This document shows, in pieces, positions 24,103 to 32,939 of a DNA stretch of 64,000 nt (position 1 is the first letter of the stretch; the number at the start of each line of letters is the position of its first letter). The translations under genes were made by a program, and so were the position numbers. A model generated the notes under the pieces. That model was not told the origin of the DNA. It did not search any database and was given only the letters and a program-made list of their open reading frames with translations. This stretch comes from a cyanobacterium endosymbiont of Rhopalodia gibba (GTDB taxonomy: Bacteria; Cyanobacteriota; Cyanobacteriia; Cyanobacteriales; Microcystaceae), in assembly GCA_045159875.1 (NCBI GenBank), contig CP067995.1, positions 384,001 through 448,000 on the forward strand, written 5' to 3'.

Positions 24103-25605
24103 ATGCCACACTCCATTATTGTTATCGGTGCTGGAATTGGGGGATTAACTGTAGGGGCATTACTCGCCTGTCGGGGTTATGATGTAACTGTCTATGAACA
24201 AGCAAAGGTTCCTGGGGGGTGCGCATCCACGTTCAAACGGCGGGGGTTTAACTTTGATGTGGGGGCGACTCAAGTGGCAGGGTTAGAACCTGGAGGCATT
24301 CATCAACGAATTTTTGCTGAATTGGGGGTAGATATTCCCCCCGCTACTCCGTGCGATCCAGCTTGTGCCGTGTTTTTACCGCGGGAAACTGAACCCATTC
24401 GAGTATGGCGAGATTCTAAGAAATGGCAGAACGAAAGACAACAACAATTCCCAGGGAGTGAACCTTTTTGGCAATTAATGGCTAAATTATTTCGTGCTAG
24501 TTGGAACTTTCAAGGACGAGATCCAATACTACCTCCTCGTAACATCTGGGATCTCTGGCAGTTAATTTCCGCATTGCGGTTAGACACTTTTGCTACTGTT
24601 CCCTTTGCTTTTATGACAGTGGGGGATGCCTTACGCTTATATGGGTTAGCCAATGATCAACGCCTTAAAACCTTTCTGGACTTGCAATTAAAGCTTTATT
24701 CGCAGGTGAATGCTGATGAAACTGCTTTGTTATATGCAGCTACTGCTTTAGCGGTTTCTCAAGCTCCGCAAGGCTTGTATCATTTTCAGGGTAGTATGCA
24801 AGTGTTAAGTGATTGCCTAGTAGAAGCATTGGAAAAATATGGAGGAAAACTTAGACTTGGCTACAGTATAGAACAAATTCACCCCCAGAATAATCACGTT
24901 AAACAGGTCACTATCCGTCATCAGAAAACTGGAGAAACCAGGATGGAAACGGCTGATCATGTCGTTGCTAATGTTACGATTCAAAATCTAATCAAATTAT
25001 TAGATATTTCCCCGTCTTTCTTCTGGAAACTTTATAAAAACCGTGCAAAAAAACTACCTCGACCATCAGGGGCATTTGTGGTTTATTTAGGTGTTGATCG
25101 TCGGGCAATTCCAGATAAATGTTCCCCCCATTTACAATTTCTTTATGAGGATAATCAACCCATTAGTGAAAATAATTCTTTGTTTATTTCAGTCAGTGAA
25201 CCAGGAGATGGACGTGCCCCCAATGGAAAAGCCACTATCATTGCTTCATCCTTTACTGACCCTCAAATTTGGTTTAATAAAACCCCAGAAGCCTATCAGG
25301 CTCTAAAACGACAATATACCTCAGAAGCGATTGCCCGTTTAAGTTCCTATTTTTATCTTACTCCAAATACTCTTATTCACCAAGAAGCCGCGACACCTTG
25401 CACATTTGCTCGATTTACTGCTAGAGATAAAGGTATTGTTGGGGGTGTTGGTCAACGTGTCTCTACTTTTGGACCTTTTGGACTCGCAACCCGAACTCCG
25501 TTAAATAATCTTTGGTTAGTGGGAGATTCTACTCATCCAGGGGAAGGAACCGCAGGAGTTAGCTATTCAGCTTTAACCGTTGTCCGACAAATCGAAATGA
25601 GTTAG
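24103..25605 (+). CDS. crtD: Carotenoid C-3',4' desaturase
   Basis: GAGIGGL FAD motif, FDVGATQVAGLEPGGIH, LWLVGDSTHPGEGTAGVSYSA. Confidence 0.88.
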   Translation: MPHSIIVIGAGIGGLTVGALLACRGYDVTVYEQAKVPGGCASTFKRRGFNFDVGATQVAGLEPGGIHQRIFAELGVDIPPATPCDPACAVFLPRETEPIRVWRDSKKWQNERQQQFPGSEPFWQLMAKLFRASWNFQGRDPILPPRNIWDLWQLISALRLDTFATVPFAFMTVGDALRLYGLANDQRLKTFLDLQLKLYSQVNADETALLYAATALAVSQAPQGLYHFQGSMQVLSDCLVEALEKYGGKLRLGYSIEQIHPQNNHVKQVTIRHQKTGETRMETADHVVANVTIQNLIKLLDISPSFFWKLYKNRAKKLPRPSGAFVVYLGVDRRAIPDKCSPHLQFLYEDNQPISENNSLFISVSEPGDGRAPNGKATIIASSFTDPQIWFNKTPEAYQALKRQYTSEAIARLSSYFYLTPNTLIHQEAATPCTFARFTARDKGIVGGVGQRVSTFGPFGLATRTPLNNLWLVGDSTHPGEGTAGVSYSALTVVRQIEMS

Positions 25606-25666
25606 TAATTCCTTGTAAAGAAGTGTAGAGATACAAGGGAAATAAAAAAAACTTTTGTCTTCTGTC

Positions 25667-26476
25667 TTACTTCATTGAAGATGTATTGGATAGGCTAGGA
25701 TTGGTTTGATTAGAACTTGTTGAGTTATGACTGTGTAGATTTACTTGTGTGCCAATCGGTAGTGCCGTCGGGGAGGTCGACGAGGAGTCGTGAAGTACTT
25801 CTGGATTGAACCGATAGCCAACGTTACGAACCGTTTGAATGAGACTCGGTTGTCGAGGATCAGTTTCAATTTTCTTTCGTAGGGAAAGAACATGGGTATC
25901 AATTGTTCGCGGATTATCAATAGCTTCAGGCCAAGCTCGTTGCAGTAGTTCTGAACGACTCAAGGGATTTCCTTCTGCTTGAGCTAGAACATACAACAAA
26001 CTGAATTCCTGGGGAGTTAGGTCAACAAAATCTCCTCGGTACTGGACTCGACGTTGAACTAAATCAATTTTCAAATCCCCATAGTCGAGATACAGGGGAG
26101 CAGAAGCCACCCGCAAACGTCTGATTAGGGCTTCAACCCGTGCCATAAACTCTTGCATACCAAAGGGCTTGGTGAGATAATCATCGGCTCCGGCGTTAAG
26201 TCCTTTGACAATATCTTTTTCACTAGTACGAGCAGATAGAATTAGAATGAGGGATTGTCTTTGATTATGTAACCATTGACATAATTCCATGCCATCTCCA
26301 TCAGGCAAATCGGAGTCGAGGATAACTAAGGACGGCAAGCGATGGACAAAAGCATTACGAGCTTGTTGGAGATTTGCGCATTGCTGAGCCATATAACCCG
26401 CTTGCTGTAAGTGCCAACCCAAAAGCGATCGCAGATGAGGATTTCCCTCAACGATAGCAATATAAATCAGATTCAC
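25667..26476 (-). CDS. nrrA: Nitrogen-regulated OmpR-family response regulator NrrA
   Basis: IVEGNPHLRSLLGWHLQQ, DLTPQEFSLLYVLAQ, AIDNPRTIDTHVLSLRKK; GTG start. Confidence 0.9.
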   Translation of the reverse strand: MNLIYIAIVEGNPHLRSLLGWHLQQAGYMAQQCANLQQARNAFVHRLPSLVILDSDLPDGDGMELCQWLHNQRQSLILILSARTSEKDIVKGLNAGADDYLTKPFGMQEFMARVEALIRRLRVASAPLYLDYGDLKIDLVQRRVQYRGDFVDLTPQEFSLLYVLAQAEGNPLSRSELLQRAWPEAIDNPRTIDTHVLSLRKKIETDPRQPSLIQTVRNVGYRFNPEVLHDSSSTSPTALPIGTQVNLHSHNSTSSNQTNPSLSNTSSMK

Positions 26477-26509
26477 CTTAGTTTGATTCCCTATAAAATA
26501 AACACCATT

Positions 26510-26551
26510 AGGCTAACAGAGCCAATGTCAAGAATATGTAACATCTGTTAC
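26510..26551 (-). promoter_or_regulatory. Class II NtcA-activated promoter of nrrA
   Basis: GTA-N8-TAC at 26538-26551, then exactly 22 nt, then -10 box TAGCCT (26515-26510). Confidence 0.85.
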
Positions 26552-26776
26552 GACATCTCCATCCGGTCCCTAAGAAATTCTTAAGAATTACTCAAGGTTA
26601 TTTTTTTTATAGCAGGATACATATTTAACTAACAGGGAAATTAAAAAAATAAAGCGGTTACAATGAGATCAACGATAAATTGAAGAAAGTCCTCGATAAT
26701 ACCAACAAAAATTGATGGACTTTCTCCGATGTTTACTAAATCCCTATCCTATTAACCCTCTCTATGTCATTTCTTC

Positions 26777-27022
26777 ATGCTTCAAGATACTCAAGTGATT
26801 CGTTATTATCAAAAGCTAACTGATAGCATGGTGGACTTGTGGCATCGAGGTCGTCGCTTTGACGAAGTCCAATCTTACATGGATGGATATCTAGCCTGTC
26901 TACTTCATTCTAGTGCCCTCGAAACTCACTTGGTTTACCGTTTAGAGGAAGAGGCGCGACATTTTTTACGCGACCCTTCTAATTTTGGAGTGTCACTACA
27001 AACCAAACCCGATTACTATTAA
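26777..27022 (+). CDS. Conserved small cyanobacterial protein divergent from nrrA
   Basis: MLQDT..IRYYQKLTD..V.LW.RG...Y.DGYL...RLEEE...FLRDPSNF. Confidence 0.8.
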   Translation: MLQDTQVIRYYQKLTDSMVDLWHRGRRFDEVQSYMDGYLACLLHSSALETHLVYRLEEEARHFLRDPSNFGVSLQTKPDYY

Positions 27023-27087
27023 TTCCATAAATCTAAAACTGAGGAGAAAGAGGTTGTTATAAATTTTCCTTCCCCTTAGTTTTTGAT

Positions 27088-27417
27088 TTATGGAGCTAAT
27101 GCTAATTCAACCATTTGCTGCAATTCACCATTTTGGTACATTTCAATCATAATGTCACAACCGCCAACAAACTCCCCATTGATATAAACTTGAGGAATAG
27201 TTGGCCAATTAGAATATTCTTTAATTCCTTGGCGAATGTCATCGTCTGCTAGAACATCAACTGTCTCATAGAAAACCCCTAGAGTATTAAGAATTTGAAC
27301 AACATTGTTAGAAAATCCGCACTGGGGCATCAACTTAGCTCCCTTCATAAAAACTAAGATTTTGTGGCTGTTGATTAACTGATCAAGACGATTCTTGAGT
27401 TCTGGTGTCATAAACAC
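27088..27417 (-). CDS. grxD: Monothiol glutaredoxin Grx4
   Basis: [25 protein letters not shown]. Confidence 0.95.
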   Translation of the reverse strand: MFMTPELKNRLDQLINSHKILVFMKGAKLMPQCGFSNNVVQILNTLGVFYETVDVLADDDIRQGIKEYSNWPTIPQVYINGEFVGGCDIMIEMYQNGELQQMVELALAP

Positions 27418-27541
27418 TCCAAAAATATAATGATAGATTTTGACGGCGAAGATATAAATAGCAAATCGATGATGAGATGAAACAATGGAAGTTAGTCCTA
27501 AGTTAGTCCTAATTGCCGTTTATTCTAGCTTAGACTCTAAG

Positions 27542-27802
27542 TTAGACAAGTGATTGTGCCGTTTCCCAAGTTTGAGGGGTATAAGTTTTTAAGGCTAGGG
27601 CGTGAATAGCTTCTGAGTTTAGGGCCTCTTGGAGTGCGCTATACACTAATTGATGTTGCTTGACTCTAGTCTTTCCTTCAAATTCAGCCGAAACAACTAA
27701 GGCTTCTAAATGATCTCCTCCCCCTTTTACATCTCTAATTACTACTTGAGCATCGGGGAGCTGCTCTTTAATCATAGTTTCAACTTCTTCAAGTCCAATC
27801 AT
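27542..27802 (-). CDS. bolA: BolA-family protein
   Basis: [32 protein letters not shown]; adjacent to grxD. Confidence 0.93.
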   Translation of the reverse strand: MIGLEEVETMIKEQLPDAQVVIRDVKGGGDHLEALVVSAEFEGKTRVKQHQLVYSALQEALNSEAIHALALKTYTPQTWETAQSLV

Positions 27803-28477
27803 TGAGGATTCCTTGATAATTATTTATTACCGACACTATCATTATAATTAATGACTTAATTCTTGCTATTTTATCTGTGGCTGAATATCATGTTTTCTTA
27901 AATTAATAGGTTCAGAACAGAGTGGAGATTGCGATCGCATGATTATAGTTCCCCTACCAATTATCAAAAGTGAACCGACTGAGCGGTTTTTGCGAATTGA
28001 TTGAGTTGAATTGTTTGTAAAGTTTTAAAAATATCGTCTCGCCCACGAAATTCACCAATAAAAAGATTTCTGGTACGACTGGAACTGGCTAACATGAAAT
28101 TTTTTCAATATTTCTCCCATTTTGACTGAATTTTAGACTTTAGGGAGAGGACTGAATGACATGAGCAACACTAGGGAGCTCAAAAGTAGACAAGAATTAG
28201 GCTGGGGAGTGTATACAATAAGTTGATACAAATTTTGATTGATAACTGACAGCATAATTAATCTGGCATAATTTATTGGTTTTTTATTTTATAGATTGTG
28301 CACAATGTTACATCTAGTTGAGAGCAACTGACAAAAAGAATCCCAATCTCTTCTTTTTAGTAGACACCGACTAAATTCACGTCTAGATGCCCCTTTTGCC
28401 CCCTAATTTAATGAGAACCTCTAATGTAATGAGATTAGGTTTACTTCCCCACAACTTTATTAGAGATTCTCAATGAG

Positions 28478-28956
28478 CTAGTGAGTTAATTTAATCACTC
28501 TTTTAGAACTTGAGGCAATCAAAATTAAGTTCCTTTGATAAGCTGATAAAAAATTGCTGACTTAGAAGATGGTCACTTAACGAAATTACGTATTTTCCCT
28601 TTTTTAGGGCTAACACTACCTCAGAAATTGTTCCTAATTTTACGCCAGAGGCAATTACTACGTCTGAAAAAAGAACATTAATATTATTCCGAGCATTCGC
28701 TAAGTCAGTCACAATTGTCATATAAACTACAGCTGCAATATTGTTGGCCTTATTTAAAAGAAAGAATTTCGATGGTTAGACTGCTCAGTCCTTTGGTTCC
28801 TTGATTAGCTCCATTTATGACCACGACATTTCTTCCTCCTGTTAATAATACTTATACCTGTTGAGCAATTAATTTTCCTAATTGATAGATATTTTTTAAA
28901 TCAGTAGAGGTTGCGTTCTCCCCAGATCCCATGAGACTAATTATTATTTTTCTTAT
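28478..28956 (-). pseudogene. TIGR00725 / LOG-like nucleotide-binding protein pseudogene
   Basis: (ATA)RKIIISLMGSGENAT..LGKLIAQQV*VLLTGGRN; downstream fragment IVTDLANARNNINV.FSDVVIA.G...GTISEV.LALK; start codon lost, internal stop; 3' boundary approximate. Confidence 0.82.
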
Positions 28957-29055
28957 GTTGACACAAGAGTTAATTAAGTAGATGGATTCAGTTAAACGAA
29001 TAAATATAGAAAAAAGACGTAAGGGTTAAGAGAATTTTTAAAATTTTAATTGTCC

Positions 29056-32000
29056 CTAGATTTGTTCAATCGCCCCTTCTGCATAATGGACAATATCCCG
29101 TAATTTTTTTAAAGTTTCTATCTCAACAGTTTGCCATAATCCCCTTAAATTAGCTTCTAATAACCTTTCTGCCATGTCTCGTAAAACCCAAGGGTTTTTT
29201 GTATAAATAAACTGTTGAACCGTTTCATTTAATAAATAAGCTTGGGCAACCCCTTCATACATAAAATCTTCTACACACCTCGCCGTGGCGTCATAAGCAA
29301 ATAAATAGTCAACCGTTGCTGCCATTTCAAATGCTCCTTTGTAGCCATGACGCATCACACCGGCAATCCATTTAGGATTAATAACACGAGAACGGTAAAC
29401 TCTAGCTATTTCTTCTTTTAATAACCTAACTTTAGGATTAGATGAGATAGAATTATCTCCAAAATATATCTCAGGATTTTTATTGGTTAATGATCTAACA
29501 GTAACAGTCAGTCCTCCTTGAAATTGATAATAATCATCAGAGTCTAATAAGTCATGTTCCCGATTATCTTGATTATGTAAGACAATCTGTAACTGTTTTA
29601 AGCGTTTTTCAAATACTTCTGGAACCCTATGACCGATGCCATCTTTATCATAACCATAGCAACTCCAATTCAAATAGGCTTTTGCTAAATCTGCGTCGTC
29701 TTTCCAATTTTGAGCTTCAATTAATCCTTGTAATCCTGCCCCATATGCTCCAGGTTTTGAGCTAAATATTCGATATTGAGCTTTTAGTTTGGCTTTATCT
29801 TTAGTCAACCCTTTTTTTTCCCAAAAAACTCTATCTTCTTTAACCTGGGCAGCTAAGGGATTAATATCTTTTTCTTCTTTTAGGTCTGACACTCCGCTCA
29901 CCGCATTGTACATCAGTTGTAGCAGGTTTGGGAAGCTATCTCTGAAAAAGCCTGATACCCGAACCGTTACATCTACACGTGGTCGTCCTAACACTGATGG
30001 ACTAAGGATTTCATAGCCTACAACCCGACGAGATAACCCATCCCAAATTGGTTGAACACCCAATAAAGCAAACACTTGCGCTACATCATCTCCTCCGGTT
30101 CGCATAGTAGAAGTTCCCCAGATAGAAATCGCTAAAGTTTTGGGATATTCTCCATTTTCTTGAGTGTAGCGTTCAATAACTATTTCTGCAGCTTTTCTTC
30201 CAACATTGTAAGCCGTTTCAGTCGGAATAGCACGGATATCGACTGAGTAGAAGTTACGACCGGTGGGGAGAACGTCTGGCCGTCCTCTGGTTGGCGCGCC
30301 AGCAGCTCCACTAGGAATGTATTCGCCGTTAAGTCCTTTAAGAAGATTAGTAATTTCTTGGGGGGTTTGGTGAAGGGATGGCAGGAGATGGGTTTGTATC
30401 CATTGGAGTTCGGTTCGAGTGGCGTTGAGGGGACAAGAAATAGACGCTTGAGGAGTGAGAATAAGAGAATCAATAATTTCGCTCGCGTAGGTTTCTAGAG
30501 CTTCTGTAGCTTGTCCAGTAGTACGACATTGTTTTAGTTTCAGGCACAGATCTCGAGGCACAGAGGAAGAAAAAGGAGGAGGATAAAATGGGGTTGTGGG
30601 AGAAGTGCTTAGGGGAAAGAAATTTAGCTTTAAGTCTTGAGCGATAGCTGTAGTTAATCCTAGACGATTGAGGTCAGGAAAACGGGCAATGGCTAGGGTT
30701 AATTCTGTGAGTTGAGGGCGTTGGGGACATTGTCCAAAAATGTGTAGACCATCTCGAATTTGGGCTTCTTTTAATTCACATAAATAGCCGTCAGCAAGGG
30801 TTAGAAATTGGCTTAACGTATTGGTACTTAACTCAATGCCTAGATCTTGATTGAGATGAGTTTCGTTAATCAGTTCGGTGATGCGAGCACTGATAATTTT
30901 TAAGCGAGAGGGATCGAGGGTTTGAGCTTCATAATATTCATCAATTAGAGTTTCAAGTTTTTCTAAGTCTCCATAGAGTTCAGCGCGAGTTAAAGGGGGA
31001 GTTAAATGATCTAAAATAACAGCCTGGGAACGACGTTTTGCTTGAGACCCTTCTCCCGGATCATTAACAATAAATGGATAAAAGTTAGGGAGCGTTCCTA
31101 GAGTTATTTCGGGATAACAATTAGCAGAAAGAGCTAGACTCTTTCCAGGTAGCCATTCCAGGTTACCATGTTTACCGAAATGAATAATGGCTGAGGCATT
31201 AAAATGATGTTTTAACCAATAATAATAAGCCAAATAATGAGGTGTAGGTTCTAAGTCAGGAACGTGATAATTTAAACTAGGGTCTAAATCGTACCCCCTC
31301 GAAGGTTGAATGCCAACAAAGATGTTTCCCAATTGAATACCAGGAAGATGAAAAGATGAGATAGATTGGGATTTATAAAGAGTTTGCCAACGTTGCTCTA
31401 TCTGGGTTTGAACTGAATGAGGCAAGGTTTTAAAATAAGTACAATAGTCGGATTGAGAAAGGGATTGATAGATAGGTCTTAATTCTTTTCCCTCAGGATC
31501 ATTAGTAATTCCAGCGGTTAATCGTTCAATTAATTTATCCCCTGTTTCTGGTATATCTGTAACCTTATATCCAGCTTTTTTCAATGCTTTCAAAGTTTCG
31601 AGGCAACTTGCCGGAGTATCTAACCCCACTCCATTGGCAATTCGACCATCTTTATTGGGATAATTAGCAAGAATTAAGGCGATTTTTCTTTCAGCAATAG
31701 GAGTAGTTTTTAACCGTATCCAATTTTTAGTTAAGTCAGCGACAAAATTAATCCTATCACTGACAGGTTGATAAATCACAACATCGGTTTCTAAGTCTTT
31801 ATTCCAAGCTTGAACTGATTTAAAAGAAACTGCACGAGTTATAATTCTACCATCCACTTCAGGAAGGGCAACATTCATCGCAACATCACGGGGAGTTAAC
31901 CCTTGATAACTCGATTTCCACTGTTCAAAAGTTCCCCCACTTAGAATTACCTGTAAGACAGGAAGATTCAATTTTGTCCAGAGATTTAAATTATCAATAT

Positions 32001-32829
32001 TTCCTGAGTCAGGATTTATCTTAGCTAAAGAGAAACTGGTAGTATTTAGAATTAATTGAATTGGGTGATTTTTAAGTTGTTTAAAATAGTCAATTAGTTT
32101 TTCCTGAACCTCCAGATCTCGTAAAGAAGAAACAAAGATTGGACAAGGATTTAAGCCGCTTTCGGCTAATGCTTGACAAAGGTTATCAATAACTAGTAAA
32201 TTACCTGCTAAATAATTAGAACGATAAAAAAGTAAGGCAGTTTTTGGATAAGAATCAAGAGAAGTCTTATCTGAAAACTGCCAAGAGTATAGACCAAACT
32301 TAGGAACAGGTTGGGGAGCGGGAGGATGATAGGATGTTTTTTTATAAATATCACAGATGAATTTTAAAGCATTTACCCAATTTTCTATGCCCCCTTCAGT
32401 TAAATACCGCCATAATTGATTACTGTGACTTAAAGAAACTGTGGAATGACTCATTAAATCAGGATCAGGGTGATCATCGCCTGGTAGAATGAAAAGATGA
32501 ATCTTTAGAGAAATTGCTAGTTCTTTAACAACTTCTAATCCATAAGACCAATAGGAGCGACCCCCTAATAATCGTAAAACAATAACCTTAGCTTGGGACA
32601 ATACTGTGTCGGCATAGCTATCAATACTCAATTGTTGTTGCAATTGTAGAAAATTAACAGCCCGTATTACGGGAAAATTAGTCGGTAAATGGTTAATTGC
32701 ATAGGCTAGGATTTGAATATCTGTATCGGCTGCACTAAGGAAAATAATCGGAGCTGGGTTTTGTTCAACAAAGATTACACCTTCGTTATCAGAATTCCAG
32801 CCTCCTGGGGTAGCAGCAATTCGATGCAT
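29056..32829 (-). CDS. cobN: Cobaltochelatase subunit CobN
   Basis: MHRIAATPG, HFGKHGNLEWLPGK, DPGEGSQAKRR, LPTGRNFYSVD, HGYKGAFEM. Confidence 0.95.
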   Translation of the reverse strand: MHRIAATPGGWNSDNEGVIFVEQNPAPIIFLSAADTDIQILAYAINHLPTNFPVIRAVNFLQLQQQLSIDSYADTVLSQAKVIVLRLLGGRSYWSYGLEVVKELAISLKIHLFILPGDDHPDPDLMSHSTVSLSHSNQLWRYLTEGGIENWVNALKFICDIYKKTSYHPPAPQPVPKFGLYSWQFSDKTSLDSYPKTALLFYRSNYLAGNLLVIDNLCQALAESGLNPCPIFVSSLRDLEVQEKLIDYFKQLKNHPIQLILNTTSFSLAKINPDSGNIDNLNLWTKLNLPVLQVILSGGTFEQWKSSYQGLTPRDVAMNVALPEVDGRIITRAVSFKSVQAWNKDLETDVVIYQPVSDRINFVADLTKNWIRLKTTPIAERKIALILANYPNKDGRIANGVGLDTPASCLETLKALKKAGYKVTDIPETGDKLIERLTAGITNDPEGKELRPIYQSLSQSDYCTYFKTLPHSVQTQIEQRWQTLYKSQSISSFHLPGIQLGNIFVGIQPSRGYDLDPSLNYHVPDLEPTPHYLAYYYWLKHHFNASAIIHFGKHGNLEWLPGKSLALSANCYPEITLGTLPNFYPFIVNDPGEGSQAKRRSQAVILDHLTPPLTRAELYGDLEKLETLIDEYYEAQTLDPSRLKIISARITELINETHLNQDLGIELSTNTLSQFLTLADGYLCELKEAQIRDGLHIFGQCPQRPQLTELTLAIARFPDLNRLGLTTAIAQDLKLNFFPLSTSPTTPFYPPPFSSSVPRDLCLKLKQCRTTGQATEALETYASEIIDSLILTPQASISCPLNATRTELQWIQTHLLPSLHQTPQEITNLLKGLNGEYIPSGAAGAPTRGRPDVLPTGRNFYSVDIRAIPTETAYNVGRKAAEIVIERYTQENGEYPKTLAISIWGTSTMRTGGDDVAQVFALLGVQPIWDGLSRRVVGYEILSPSVLGRPRVDVTVRVSGFFRDSFPNLLQLMYNAVSGVSDLKEEKDINPLAAQVKEDRVFWEKKGLTKDKAKLKAQYRIFSSKPGAYGAGLQGLIEAQNWKDDADLAKAYLNWSCYGYDKDGIGHRVPEVFEKRLKQLQIVLHNQDNREHDLLDSDDYYQFQGGLTVTVRSLTNKNPEIYFGDNSISSNPKVRLLKEEIARVYRSRVINPKWIAGVMRHGYKGAFEMAATVDYLFAYDATARCVEDFMYEGVAQAYLLNETVQQFIYTKNPWVLRDMAERLLEANLRGLWQTVEIETLKKLRDIVHYAEGAIEQI

Positions 32830-32939
32830 TTAAACTCCTTATCTTTAAAAATTATTAGGTTTCGGGTATGGCGTAGTGAATTAGGTAGATCCTGGATCAA
32901 GGGTTTTACCTGCGTTGTCTCTAACTGTCTCCAAGATTA

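Noticed and set aside
28503..28721. 72-aa ORF as a functional gene
   Set aside because: C-terminal fragment of the TIGR00725 pseudogene
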